The notes under the pieces: generated by a model
Databases searched by the model: none
What the model saw: the letters and a program-made list of their open reading frames with translations, nothing else
What the model was told of the DNA's origin: nothing
Program-made: the position numbers and the translations under genes
Shown here: positions 18,836 to 34,218 of the stretch, piece after piece
Layout: each line of letters starts with the position of its first letter
How positions within the stretch are numbered: the first letter of the stretch is position 1
NCBI RefSeq assembly: GCF_009914755.1
Contig: NC_060933.1
Direction: 5' to 3' (one strand)
From: the human T2T-CHM13v2.0 reference genome, Homo sapiens
DNA: 64,000 nt

Positions 18836-19188
18836 AATTTATGCCCAAGAAGACACTGCTGGAAGTAAACCAAGTCACCCAGAATCTCTAGGGACATTTA
18901 CTGAGGCAGGGGCAATTCTGCCAGCCGTGCATCCCCCAGGCCCAAGAGCACCTGTCCAATGTGGAAGCGGCCTAGTGCAGAAAGCTGGCATCCCAGAGGA
19001 GAGATGAGGAACTTACCACAGATCTAGACCTCACTGGGTGGACCTGGACAACAACACCCCAAGCAGGATTCAAAGAGGTGCCATAGCTAAATCTGCTGTT
19101 TGTCTTCTATTCACATACTTCATGGGAAATCCTTGTGGGGCACTTTTGCAGGAGACTGCAAATGTTTTATATGGGGAAAATTAATTCA

Positions 19189-19944
<756 letters not shown>

Positions 19945-20819
19945 CTATTTTGGAAGAAAATATCTATTAAGAAGCTTTTTGGGGAAGAGAACATAAAGAC
20001 ATGGATCAGGAGTCAAGGCAACCAAAGACTAAATTTCTCTACATGGGAAAGGAACTAGAATTTTGAGCCGAATTAGATATCTGAGCCTTCAAAATGACAG
20101 CCATGTGGAATATTATATAGTGTGAGACAGTCAAAGAAATATCCCAGTCATGGGGTAGGCCAAGGGCTGTTAGTAAAAAAGATGTCTAATACTCCGCTTT
20201 GTGTTTGCATGGGCCTCTGTGCCAAGTTTCTTAGTGTGCTACCACCACAAAGGCCTTATAAGGTGAATGTGTTCCTGGAAAATTGCAGAGGGGCAGAATC
20301 CCTCATCTGGGCAAGGTAGTGAAGGGGTCAGGGCCATGGGAAAGGAGGAGCCAGGGTCAGAGATGACACTGGGAAGAGAAGCTCTGAAGAGTCTACAGTC
20401 TAGAGTGAGGACAGGGATTGAGCAATCTCACAGAGCAGGAGGCCTCTGGCTTCTGCATTACACAACTTACCAAGCAATTTCACGAACAAGGTTCACACAG
20501 CACTGACACAGTTTCCCTGCTTTCTCCTTTCTGTCTTCACATATTGAAGTATAGGAGTAGCCAGATAATTGTGGCTTTTATTTCTTCTACACTTAATAGA
20601 ATTAACAGTCTTGATGTAACATAGTTCAAAGGTTCTGATGTGAGCATTCAACTTCCTCAGGCTTCAGCGTTGAAAGAATCTTCTCCACTGAAGGAATCCT
20701 TCATAGAAGAGGCCATGGAAATATCTATGAGGCTTGCTCTCATATCAGCATTCCAGAGACTCATCTCTGTGTGGTCCTTTCCCCCACCTCGCCTGCTCCA
20801 TGGAGGGAGGAGAGGGATA

Positions 20820-21309
20820 TGTTGGAAACAGTGAGTTCCTCTTCAAAGGTTCCTGTCTTCTATTTTCAAAGCCTAACTTCCTTGCCTCCTTGCCCCTAGT
20901 TACGGCAAACAACCTTCCAGACATTCCCAATCTGTAATCCACATCCATTCCCAATCTGTAACTCACATCAATTCCCAATCTGTAACCCACATCTGTTCCC
21001 AATTTGTAACAACCCACATCTGTTCCTTATTTGGCACGCTTAGTTCCGAAACTGCTCTTCCTGCTGCTGTAGCCCCCACCCCTGCTCCATTTGAAGTAGC
21101 TAATCTGGATCAGCTTAGATTGTGTGGTCCGACCCCAGCCAAAGGGGACTGAACATAGTAGCAGGGACTGACTGCATTAGGGTTAAAACCCACTTCCCTC
21201 CTTTGTTTGCTGTGCTCTCGCAGTGACCAGAAGAACAAGCAGCACCCTTCTGAAGAAGTAAATTTGCCTTGCTGAGTGCTCATTTTCTTTATGACTCTTA
21301 TTTCCAACA
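20820..21309 (+). mobile_element. ERV1 solo LTR, LTR10-like (C/D/E group)
   Basis: TGTT...AACA termini; gagttcctcttcaaagg start; cagcttagattgtgtggtccgaccccagcc and aagtaaatttgccttgctgag motifs; internal ~24-bp tandem repeat. Confidence 0.7.
20923..21026. repeat. ~24-bp tandem repeat (~4.3 copies) within the LTR
   Basis: (a/g)ttcccaat(c/t)tgtaa..cacatc units. Confidence 0.9.
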
Positions 21310-22292
21310 TTCTCACCTTAACCAAGCCAGAGAGGCTTGAAAAAAACTACATGGAGAGTTTGATGTGTTTCCTGGGAGGTGGGGTATGCAAGATCTAGCA
21401 TCTAGTGTGAAAGTCTGAAGGTGAGCAGTTTCAGCCAGGCTCAGAGGCTAGGATGGGTGAATGGCAGCCTCTCCAGAGCCTGGCAGAATGAGGGTGCCCC
21501 ACTGCTGCCCATGGGCCAGACTTAGACCTTATGGAAGACAGACGGTCATCTTAGAATGAACTAGACCAAGAAACTTTCCTGGGGAAAGTTGAGAGCTAAG
21601 CTCCTGAATGCTGGAAGCTGAGGAATGAGTGGCTGGAGTCTTCGCAACCAGCAAATGGAGCAAGAAATACAAACTCTAATAAGAAGAAATACAAATTCTA
21701 ACACCCACCACCCATGAAACAGCCCCAGCAGAGAAGCTCCAATGTACCCAGAGACCTCTGACATCAGATGAAAGCGCAACAGCCTGTTAATACCTGGACT
21801 TTTTTCTCGAATGCCCCATCTCCTTCAGAGAGGAGGTAAAGAGAAAGACAAATGAACCAGGCCCTCCTTCCCCACGGCAGACCCACAGGATAAGTCAGGC
21901 AAGAGCCGAGAGAGGTAAGAGATTTCCATGGGAAAGGAGGCTGGGGCTTAGAGATACATTATTTTCATCCCTTGGCTCATGGTCCCATTCCTCCATAGTC
22001 AAAACCAGTAGTAAGGTATCTTGTCTTGTTAAATAAGGTAACCTTCATGGTTCCAGGGATTAGGACTTGGATATCTTCAGAGGGCCACTATTCAGCCCAC
22101 CATCATGGCCTTGGTGAAAATGTTCTCAAGGTAGTAATGGGACAGGACAAACCAGGCTACAGAGAGTGGAAAACTGAAAAGTGAGCAAGTGGAGACCCCA
22201 AGTATAGTCCACTATTTCAGGACGTTGGGCTATGAAGGACAAGAGAGTGAATAAAGTCAAATGAAGGTTTCATTCAAGATGGGAGAGGTTTG

Positions 22293-22445
22293 TCAGGTGT
22301 GGTGGCTCACACCTGTAGTCCCAGCTACTCAGGAGGCAGGAGGATCACCTGAGCCCAGGAGTTCGAGGCGCCAGTAAGCTACGATCACACCACTGTACTC
22401 TAGCCTGGCTGATAGAGTGAGGCCTTGCCTCTAAAAACAAAAAAG
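22293..22445 (+). mobile_element. Alu monomer/partial inside an L2 remnant
   Basis: Short Alu with A tail; TSD aagatgggaga.gtttg. Confidence 0.8.
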
Positions 22446-23329
22446 ATGGGAGAAGTTTGGGCAAGTTTAAATTCCAGTGACAAGGAGCAATTCAAAGGAA
22501 ACAGTGGAGAGAGGAGAGAAGTGGATGGCTTGGCCCTAGACAGGAGAAGCAGAGCACGGAGCATGTGATGCACACAGGTTTGGTGGAAAGAAGCCGAGGT
22601 TGTTTTGTCTCTGCCCATGGGGGACTGAAGGAAGTCATCTGTGGAGACTGAAGGAGGGTCACCTGAGACTTGAGAAAAGGTGAGAAAGTGTGAGATGGTT
22701 TCTACAGAAAACTGGAAAAGTGCTGGAAAGAGAAGGGGATGGTGCTCTCCAGGCTCCTCTAGGCTTCCTCGTGGACATCCTTTCTGATGCCAATGCCCAC
22801 GTGACCTAAAACCACTGGCCCTCATGCTGTCTTCACTGTCCTGGAGGCAGGCGGAGATTCGGGCTGAGACAGGATGAGGGTCTCCCACCTGAGACCCAGC
22901 TCACCTCTGTACAAGGACTCAGGCCCAATCCTGGAAGCCCTGGTGGGGCACACATGCTGTGCTTCCCACCACCTCCTTTGTCTATTACCTGAGACGCCAA
23001 GCAGAGCTCCTCCTCCTGGTACAGCCTTGTTCTTCCTATGCATATCAGCTCTTGCAGATGGCAGCCTCGAGAGAGGGCTCATAATCCAGCAGTTCTGCAT
23101 AAACAGCCGGACTCTGATTTCAGTTTGGGCTTAATCTGGATGTCTCCTACCCACAGGCCGAGGAATGTTCTCCTTGCCTATACTACAGCTTTTTCTCCTG
23201 GGCAGTGCCCTCAGACCTCTTTATGCTCCCAGAATCCTCTCTTCCTGGTTTTTTATCAGAACCTGGGAGGGTGGGGCAGGGGCACAGGAGTAATCCTCAT
23301 CTGTCATGCAGTCATGCAGCTACAGTGGT

Positions 23330-24050
23330 GTCATCTATTCAGTGAACACTTGTTCCCAGAGCACCTTCTCTGTGCCAGGCATTGTACCGATGATTGGGAC
23401 ACAATTGTAAGGAAAACAGGTATATCAGGATCCACATGGAGCTGGCAGTCTAGTATGGGACAGGCATTAAACCAAACACACAAAATAAATGCCTAAGTAT
23501 AAATCATGACACGTGCTATGAAGGAAAAGAGCAGATTCTATGATCAGGAGAGATGGGAGAGGGGCAGTCAGGGAAGTCCTGTCTGAGGAAGTGACAGAAG
23601 TCCCCTGTGAGCTAGGACCTGAAGTGTACACCCGAGTTAAGAGGAGTTAGTGGTGGGTCAGAGAGAGCAGCAAGTGCAAGGGCCCAAGAGAAAACACACC
23701 TGAAAAATTAAAGGGCTTTAACTAAGGCCAGTGCATAGTGACAGTAAAAGACAGGGCTCGAGAGGTAGGTAAGGGCCAGATCACATGGAAAATTGCAGGT
23801 AATGTTAAGCACTTGAATTTAATTCTAAGTGTGATGACTCCCCATCCAGCGTCTGCAGCGCAACAGCGATGGTCTATTTCTAAAAGATCCTCTGGACGCC
23901 ACATGTAAAATAGATCACTAGAGTGAGGAGACACAGGGTACACCAAGAGTAGACGCAGGACAACAAAACGAGGCAATTGCAGCAGTTCAGAGGGACCAGG
24001 TGGCTTGGACTAGAAGAGTGGTGTGGAGATCAGGGAAAATAGATATTTGG
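23330..24050 (-). mobile_element. L2 remnant
   Basis: Typical L2 3'-end antisense signature (tgaacacttg...tgtgccaggcattg...gggccagatcacatgg). Confidence 0.7.
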
Positions 24051-26931
24051 GGAATATGTTTCTCCATATGCACAGAAAGGCATGGAACTAGAGGAAGGAC
24101 AGAAAGAGAAGAGAAAACCACCCAGCACTGAGTGTTCAGGAGCCCCAACACTGAGTGACAAGAGTCAGGCTGTCACAAGGTAAAGCTGGTAACCATGACC
24201 ATAGTCCACAACAATACTGAGCACTTGCCCTGTGCCAAATTCTGGGCTAAATTTTTACACGTATTATCACGTTGAATATTCTATGACCCTATGACAGAGC
24301 CTTGGTACCCAATGACCATGGGACCTTCCACGCCAGCCTGCACTGGCTAATTCCAAAAGTCTTTGACATGAAAAAATACAAACCTCTGCCTTATTTCAGG
24401 CACTGCTGTTTCCAGCCTGTTACAAGTAGCTGCACCAAGTCTAAACCAATAGGGAAACATGTCGAGATATCTCATGGAATCCACAGAAGAGGTAAGCCTT
24501 CAGGTTTAGAGATGGGCCAGCACCAGGACAGCTTGGGTGCCTCAACAGGAGGCCTTGGGCTCTAGAGCACTGCCCTTCACCTGCCTTGGCTTGGGGATCT
24601 CCCAGGGTCAGCTCCACATTCCAAATTCCCAAGAGATAATAATCTGATTGGCTCAGTCTGGGTCTCATGTCCTTCCCTGGACCAATTGGCTACGGTCTAG
24701 GGGGCAGGATTGCTGCTGGGCTCCCCACTACCACCGAAGGTCCACTGCTGACAACTAACAGAGTGACCACTGCTAACAACTAACGGGGTGGTAGCAGTGA
24801 GACTCCGCACACACACCCCAGGGCCTTTAAACATGCTCCTCCCTCTCTCTGGGTCCTCTCCCCACTATTCCTTGCCTGAGTAGCTCCTCTTAGCCTTCTG
24901 ATCTTGCTAAAATTTTCACTTTTTCAGGGACGCCTTTCCTACCCCACTCTCAATCCAAATTAGGTCCCTCTGTTACAGCTTCTCATCCTCTTCCTTTACA
25001 TGAAGGAAAATATTTCTGGTGCGCCTTATTTCATGTTTAGGCCTGCCTCCTCCACCAGTCTGTAACCTCCTGGATGGCAAGAACCACATTTGGGCTTCCC
25101 CCCACTCTACCTGCCAAGCTTTGAACCTAATGTCTAGCACACAGTTTGTGCTCAATAAATATGTGTTGATTGAGTGAACCAGAACAAACGTATCACATTT
25201 TCAACATTCTCGATTTTCCGGAGACTGCTTTCTCAAGATACAGCCTGACACGTTCAGCCTGTGGCCCACATGGGCCTGTTCTAACTTTCCTGGATGCCTT
25301 AAATTTGTGTCAGGGAGGACCCTGGTATAGCACGAGAGGCTCTGGACAAGGCAGCAGGGGATGGGGTTTGGGTCCCAGCTCTGGATAAGTCACTTCACTC
25401 AGTTGAATAACAAGTTTCCTCATTCAAAAATGAGGTTTTTGGATGAGATGATTTACAAAGCTCCTCTAGCACAAATGTCTGGAATTCTGCTGATAACAAT
25501 TCAATATTCTGTCCATGGTTGAAATTGCCCTGAACATGTGAAAAGAGAGAGATGTAAAGTGTTTACGGAGAGAAAGAATATATATTTCAGACAAAATCCA
25601 CACCAGCTAGCTGTTCTTTAATGACAATCATTATAGATAGAATTTTTTATTGTGGCCAAAAAGCAATAAAAAGTACAGAGTTGAAGATAATGAGAAAAAC
25701 TGCCCATGAATGGAAAAATAGGGGTTCTTCTAGTAACATAAAGTGAAAGGCCCAGGAACCTGAGTACCAGAGTGTAAAGAGCTCAACCTGCATCCCTTTG
25801 TAGAGGGATGGGAAGGAAAGGGGTGTTCCCCACCCTAACCTCCCAACTATCACCAGTTAGCTCAGCCTGCACTAAAAGAAACCTCTGTAGCTGGAGTCCT
25901 AATTTCTTAATCCAATCTCAGATGTGGCCAACAGCCAAGTAAGTTACTGTTGAGACCCACATCCTCCCCCAAGAGATGACCAACATGCGCAAGATTTTGT
26001 GGCTATTCTATATGCATGACATACTGAGACACAATGTCACATAAATAATGAAATGGCACACCATAGGAGTGTGTCTCTCCTGAATTGTTCAGCATGTTCT
26101 TTTACCTTCATAACTTTGGCTCTTTGTGTTAAATGTAAAATCTTTTTTAACATAATCTTGTACTTACATGCATACTTCTCCCTTCAATTGCATTTAGTCA
26201 TATATATTTTTAAATAAGGTATATATTGTAAAAACAAATGGGCTTGGAATTATCCATCCCAAATTTGTAATAGGACACTATTAAAACCAAGGTCCTTGTA
26301 TAAATCACCTTGAATCATGTGATGTTATGGTTAAAACTGAAAGGATTTTGGATTTAGTGTCAGACAAGAATTTTTTCAAGCCCCCAGTTCACCATTTATT
26401 AAGCAGTTCTTCAACCTCATGGCACCTGTTTTCTCGTCTGCTAAATCCCAATCTTACAAGGTCACTGTGAAAAGTAAATGAGATGCTGTATTTAAGTGCC
26501 GTGCCCTGCATCTGAATCACTGTAAGCCTCTCCTTTTCCCTCTCCCACTCACCAGGTGGTGGGATTTCAGGGGTCAGACCAACAGCTAGAGGCAGAGCCA
26601 GGTGTCCCAGAACCCCAGCTACTGTGTCTCAGAAGTGTAATAAAGGCTCAAGCCAAAGAGGGGCCTTAGGAATCATCTACTTCACTGACCCTCTCCCCTT
26701 GATCTAACAGATTAGAAAATTGAAGCCAACAGAACTGATTTCCTTTTTTACCTTATTTAACCAATAAGTTTATTTATTTGTTGAGCAGTTGCCATGAAAG
26801 GCACTGTGTTAGGTCACTGGCGTTCAAGTACTAATTTTGAATGCAGCAGTGTGCTAGGTGCTATAAACATGAACCATATCAAGGATGAAATATACTTAGA
26901 GACATGCCAGTCCTCTCAAAACCCCAGTCCT

Positions 26932-27240
<309 letters not shown>

Positions 27241-28407
27241 AATCCTAGAGGAAGTTGGGAAGGAGGTGCAGAGGGTCAGAAGAAGACTATGGAAAAGGTT
27301 ATGAATGATCCTTTAAGATATAAAAAATAAACTAATCATCAGCATATTGTATCAAGTCAACATTATTGCTAATCGTGATAAATTCATCCATATTGAATCC
27401 ATCACTATCTATCATGAACCAGGCCATTGTTAATCAATAAGCACCATCTTGCACAAAACATCACCATGGCAAATGCTTTGCCTCAGCATATTCAGTGGAT
27501 GTTCTGCAGAATGTGACTCTGCTCCCCAGGAGGAAAAGGAACATTCACAGCAGTACCAGCTGCTTTCCAGAAACCCCGTGTGCAGAAACTCTTGAGGTAC
27601 TTTTCATGTCTGTAATTCTGAGGGACTGTTATTCTTTTCCTGCTCATCCTCAGTGAATAGACTACTTCTGGAACCTGCTGCAGTCAACTCAAACAGTAGA
27701 CAGGTGTCATGACAGTGCAGAAGAAAAAACAGTGATGATATGTGAGTGTGTCTGGGAACCCGTGGGGCAGAAGTCAGAGTGGAAAAGGGCAGAACATCAG
27801 TTTGTATCAAACAACCACAAATATCAGCAACACCCAACATTCAGCATTTACTTCTCACACGGCTATGGGTTCTGCCCTCTCAGCTGAGCCCACCCAGGTA
27901 TCTACAGATTGATTGGCAGTTGCCTCAGCTGGGCAGCTTGGCTTTAAGGTAAAGGTCTAACTGGTTGGGGCTACTCATAGCAGGTTGGGCTTACATCTGC
28001 TCTATGTGTGTCAATTCTAGGGGGCAGGAGATAACAGTCTCGTAGGCAGCAGCAAACTCTTCTCAAGGTGATGGCAGAAGCATAAGCAGTCAAGCAGAAA
28101 AAGTGACACGTCTTAAGGCCTAGGCTCAAAACTGGCACACTGTCACCTTCGCCTTCACTCCATCAGCCAGAGTAAGTCAGATGGCCAAGCCCAAAGACAA
28201 GGGGCACAGTGCTTCACACAGAGGACTGCAGAGTCACATGGTAAAGGCAAGGGATGTTGGTACAGAGCGGAGTGAAAAAAGGGGCCACTAAGTCAGTAGA
28301 CCACAGACAGGGGCAGAAAGAAGTATCTAAACCAAACAGAGCACAAAATCAGGGTAATGCCGTCTACCAGTGTCTGATCAACAAGAAATACAGGTATAAG
28401 AAAGTAT

Positions 28408-29372
28408 CCGTCCTAGCCAGAGCAATCAGACAAGAGGAAGAAATAAAGGGCATCCAAATTGGTAAAGTGGAAGTCACATTGTCACTGTTTGCTGATGACA
28501 TGATCACATACCCAGAAAAACCCTAAAGACTCATCCAAAAAGCCCCTGGGTACATGAATTCAGCAAAGTTTCAGGATACAAAATTAATGTACACAAATTA
28601 GTAGCCCTGATATACACCAACAGTGACCAAGCTGAGAATCAAATCAAGAACTCAACCCCTTTTACAATAGCTGCAAAAAAATAAAATAAAATACTTAGAA
28701 ATATACTTAACCAAGAAAGTGAAAGACCTCTGCAGAGAAAACTACAAAACACTGCTGAAAGAAATCATAGATGACACAAACAAATGGAAACACATCCCAT
28801 GTTCCTCGATGAGGAGAATCAATTACAAAAAATGACCATACTGCCAAAAGCAATCTATAAATTCAATGCAATTCCCATCAAAATACCACCATCATTCTTC
28901 ACAGAACTAGAAAAAAAAATCCCAAAATTCATATGGAACCAAAAAAGAGCCTGAATAGCCAAAGCAAGACTAAGCAAAAAGAACAAATCTGGAGGTATCA
29001 TATTCCCCTACTTCAGACTATACTATAAGGCCATAGTCACCAAAACAGCATGGTACTGGTATAAAAACAGGCATACAGACCAATGGAACAGAATAGAGAA
29101 CCCAGAAATAAAGCCACATACTTACAGTCAAGTGATCCTCTACAAAGCAAACAAAAACATGAAGTGGGGAAAGGACATCCTAATCCACAAATGGTGCTGG
29201 GATAATTGGCAAACCACATGTAGAAGAATTAAACTGGATCCTTATCTCTCATCTTATACAAAAATCCACTCAAGATGGATAAAAGACTTAAATCTAAGAC
29301 CTGAAACTATAAAGATTCTAGAAGATAACATTGGAAAAAAACGCTTCTAGACATTGACTTAGGCAAAGACTT
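28408..29372 (+). mobile_element. L1PB ORF2 fragment
   Basis: [27 protein letters not shown] and KWCWDNW remnants. Confidence 0.9.
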
Positions 29373-29726
29373 TGTTATGGTTTGGCTGTCTCCCCACTCA
29401 AATCTCATCTTGAATTCTATCTCCCAGAATTCCCACGTGTTGCAGGAGGGACCCAGAGGGAGGTAATTGAATCATGGGGGCCAATCTTTCTCATGCTATT
29501 CTCGTGATAGTGAATAAGTCTCATGAAATCTGATGGGTTTATCAGGGGTTTCCCCTTTTGCTTCTTCCTCTTTTTCTCTTGCTGCTGCCATGTAAGAAGT
29601 GCCTTTTGCCTCCTGCCATGATTCTGAGGCCTCCCCAGCCATGTGGAACTGTACGTCCAATTAAACCTCTTTTTCTTCCCAGTCTTAGGTATGTCTTTAT
29701 CAGCAGTGTGGATACAGACTAATACA
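29373..29726 (+). mobile_element. THE1 (THE1A-like) MaLR 5' LTR
   Basis: tgttatggtttggctgt...cagactaataca, 354 bp, THE1 consensus features. Confidence 0.88.
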
Positions 29727-30786
29727 ATGAATTGCTACCAGTAGAGTGGGGCATTGCTGAGAAGATACCTGAAAATGTGGAAGCGACTTTGGAACTGGGT
29801 AACAGGCAGAGGTTGAAACAGTTTGGAGGGCTCAGAAGACAGGAAAATGTGGAAAAGTTTGAAACCTCCTAGAGACTTGTTAAATGGCTTTGACAAAACT
29901 GCTGATAGTGGTATGAACAATAAAGTCCAGGCTGAAGTGGTCTCAGATGGAGATGAGGAACTTGTTGGGAACTGGAGCAAAGGTGACTCTTGTTATGTTT
30001 TAGCAAAGAGACTGGCGGCATTTTGCCCCTGCCCTAAAGATCTGTGGAACTTTGAACTTGAGAGAGATGATTTAGGGTATCTGGCAGAAGAAATTTCTAA
30101 GCAGAAAAGCATTCAAGAGGTGACTTGGGTACTGTTAAAAAGCATTCCGGGCCAGGCGCGGTGGCTCATGCCTGTAATCCCAGCACTTTGGGAGGCCAAG
30201 GCGGGCGGATCATGAGGTCAGGAGTTCGAGACCAGCCTGGCCAACATAGTGAAACCCCGTCTCTACTAAAAATACAAAAATTAGCCAGGCATGGTGGCAC
30301 ACACCTGTGGTCCCAGCTACTCGGGAGGCTGAGGTAGGAGAATTGCTTGAACCTGGGAGGCAGCGGAGTTTGCAGTGAGCAGAGACTGCGTGCCACTGCA
30401 CTCCAGCCTGGGTGACAGAGTGAGACTCCATCTCAAAAAGAAAAAACACTCCATTTTAAAAAGGAAACAGATCATAAAAGTTAGAAAAATTTGCAGCCTG
30501 ATGATGCAGTAGAAAGAAAAACCCATTTTTTGAGGAGAAATTCAAGACAGCAGCAGAAATTTGCATAAGTAGCAAGGAGCCTAATGTTAATCCCCAAGAC
30601 CACTGGGAAAATGTCTCCAGGCCACGTCAGAGAACTTCACGGCAGCCCCTCCCATAAGAGGCCCAAAGGCCCAGGAGGTAAAGGTGGTTTTGTGGGCTGG
30701 GCCCAGGGTCCCCATGCTGTGTGCAGCCTAGAGACTTGCGTGTCCCAGGCCGCTCCAACCATGGCTGAAAGAGGCCAAAGTACAGT
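29727..30786 (+). mobile_element. THE1 internal region (truncated), with AluS at 30150-30446
   Basis: ORF 29823 matches the MaLR-int peptide (EVVSDGDEELVGNWSKG...[15 protein letters not shown]); Alu TSD aaaaagcattcc / aaaaacactcc. Confidence 0.88.
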
Positions 30787-31376
<590 letters not shown>

Positions 31377-31867
31377 ACACACACACACACACTTGGCAGC
31401 TGGGGGGAAGAAAGTACCCCATTTTTCAAGATGAAAAAGTTCTAGAGCTCTGAGCTCTGTTGCATAACAATGTGAATACACTTAACACTACTCAACTGTC
31501 CACTCAAAAATGGTTAAGGTGGTAAATTTTGTTTTGTGGGGGTTTTTTGTATAAATTTAGGGGGTACAAGTGCCATTTTGTTACATGAAATATTGCACAG
31601 TGGTGAGGTCTGGACTTTTAGTATAACCATCACCTGAATTGTGTATTATACCCAATAAGTAATTTCTCATCCCTCAGCCCCTCCCACTCTCCCACCCTTC
31701 TGAGTCTTCAATGTCTATTATTCCACACTTTATGTCCATATCTACACATTAGTTAGCTCCCACTTATAAGTAAGAACATATGGTATTTGACAGTTTTCTG
31801 GGGCTTTTTTTTTACTACAACTAATAATGTTTTTTAAAAGGAGGATTTACTCCATTATAAATTCTGT

Positions 31868-32350
31868 CTGTGGTAGCCAGCCTCCAAGACAACACCCCCA
31901 ATAATTCCTACTTCCTGACATTCACACCCTTGTATAATTCCCTCCCATATTGTTCCAGAAGTGACTGTGACACAAGATTAGGTTATAAAAGGTTGTGGCT
32001 TTCATCTTGGTTCTCTATCTCTGTCTCTGTCTCTCTCTCATAACTCACTCTGGAGGAAGCCAACTACCATGTTGTGAAGCCACTCAGGCAACCAATGGAG
32101 AAACAGATGTAGCGAGCAGCTGAGGTCTCCAGCCAACAGCCAGCAAGAAACTGAGGCCTCCAACAATATGTGAGTGAGCATAGAAGCAGCACCTTCCCCA
32201 GCTGAGCTTCCAGATGAGTCTGCAGCCCTACTGACAGCTTCACTGCCAGTCCAGATTCCTGGCCCTCAGAAACTGTACTATAATAAATGTTTGCTGTTTT
32301 AAGCTGCTACGTTTTGGGGTAATTTGTAATGTGGCAATAGGTAACTACAA
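31868..32350 (+). mobile_element. MLT1F-like LTR
   Basis: tgtggtagccagcctccaag start; taataaatgtttgctgttttaagctgctacgttttggggtaatttg end. Confidence 0.75.
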
Positions 32351-32413
32351 CCCTATGTGATGATCATTGATATTTATAATGACCCAGGGCACTTAAATAT
32401 TCTGACATATTTT

Positions 32414-32552
32414 CTTTTTATATATATATAAAGAGAGAAAGACAAGGTTTTCCTATGTTGCCTGGATTGGTCTCGAAATCCTAGCCTCAAGCAGTCCTTC
32501 TGCCTTGTCCTCCCAAAGTGCTGTGATTACAGGCATGAGCTCTGTGCCCGGG
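32414..32552 (-). mobile_element. Alu monomer (FLAM)
   Basis: Left-arm only; TSD tctgacat(a/g)ttttc. Confidence 0.85.
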
Positions 32553-32663
32553 TCTGACATGTTTTCTGAATCTTCAATAAAAGATGCAACTACAGAAAGT
32601 TTTCTAATATCACTGAAGACTTAGTATACTCAAATTCCCGGTGTGACAATAGGTGTGACTCTC

Positions 32664-32775
32664 AGTCTACAAGGAAATTTGATTGAGTTGAAATCCACAT
32701 CCCCCTATGCTTCAGGCTAAGTCTACAAGGAAATTTGATTGAGTTGAAATCCACATCCCCCTACCCTTCAAGCTA
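32664..32775. repeat. 56-bp tandem duplication
   Basis: agtctacaaggaaatttgattgagttgaaatccacatcccccta..cttca.gcta x2 (3 mismatches). Confidence 0.95.
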
Positions 32776-33785
32776 ACTAAGAATTTATTACAGAGAAGAA
32801 AAAAAAGAGTGTGAGATCAAGGCCAAATAATAAGCAACTTAGCCATTTTCTTTTATTTAAGAAATTGACCTTAAAAGAAATTTAGAAAATGTATATCACA
32901 TGAGCAAAAGTTTTGAAAGGCTGGCATAATTGGATTGACCCAAGAATAGCCAACTAACTTTTCTTCAAGAGAATAAAGAATAAAGAGGAAGCTATTTTTA
33001 TAAGAGTAATGCAGCATAACTGTGTCTTCCACTCAAAGAAAATTTTGAGAAGCTTAATTATCTGGGGAATTTGTACTTGTAAAAATTATCATCATTACTG
33101 TATAGATGAAAGAATGAGAGAAAGTGTACTTGAAGCGCATTAGAAAAGAAGATAATAGGTAATGCATGTCATCATTTAAAGTGTTGCCTGAATCAACTGG
33201 CCACTGTTAGAGGAGATAAGGACATACTCTGTCAAAGACATACTAAAGGGCATTTTTATTTTGTTTTGTTTTAAAGTGGACTTAATTTTTTTTAATAAAA
33301 TGTAACTCTTATTTAGTGGCAAGTATTCACATACTAACACCTGTGAAGGAGTATTATGCAATGTCATTGGTGTCCGAGATAGTTATCAGCAAGTGCAATG
33401 TCAGCAGAAACACTAGCGGCCAGTTAGGGAATAAATCAAGCTGGAGGAGAGGAAGGTCGAGATCAATTTAGATTTCTAGCATACCAGACATTATTCATTC
33501 CTGCTTTGCCTGCAGGGGACACTTTCCTGGGTCGCTCACTGCTGCCGGCACCCGTAAATTAGGCAGGGAAGATCCCAGTTAAGTGTGTGTGTGATACATT
33601 ACACACAAAGAAGTATATAAAATCTACATGTACAGCTTGAAATAAAAGAATAGATAAACATCTGTGTAATCAATATCTAGGCTAAGAAATAGAACATTAC
33701 CAGTTCACTAGAGGACATTTGGTGCCTCTTCCAAGAGCTTTCGTTTTGAATTTTAGGTTAATCATTCTTTTCTTCTCTGCATAGT

Positions 33786-33789
<4 letters not shown>

Positions 33790-33833
<44 letters not shown>
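33790..33833. repeat. (GT)n microsatellite, ~22 units
   Basis: Direct observation. Confidence 0.97.
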
Positions 33834-33834
<1 letters not shown>

Positions 33835-34109
33835 TTTTAACTACAAATGTATTGCTTAATTTTCTTGTTTTTAAATTTTCTGTAATTGAGGATCATACGG
33901 ATTGTATTCTTACAATCAGCAATATGGCTTTGATATGCTTTTGTAGCTGTAGTTTACTCATTTTATTTGTTGTACAGGGCTCCCTTGTTTGAATATGACA
34001 TGACTTATAAAACCACTTCACCACTGATAGATATTCAGATTATTTCCAATTCGAGAGTATTGTGAACAAGACTTCTTGCACATTTGCGTACGTGTTTCCT
34101 GGTGTATAA

Positions 34110-34218
34110 ACCTAGGAAGGGAATTGCAGAATTGTATTTGATTGCAGTTTTTAGATATATAGACCTAGGAAGGGAATTGCAGAATTGTATTTGATTGCAG
34201 TTTTTAGATATATAGACC
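34110..34218. repeat. Perfect 53-bp tandem duplication spanning an L1PA 5' junction
   Basis: acctaggaagggaattgcagaattgtatttgattgcagtttttagatatatag x2, identical. Confidence 0.97.

Noticed and set aside
20923-21026. Short repeat array resembling CRISPR
   Set aside because: Contiguous tandem units with no unique spacers, inside a primate LTR, and no cas genes.
29823-30215. 130-aa ORF
   Set aside because: THE1 internal MaLR ORF remnant running into an Alu.
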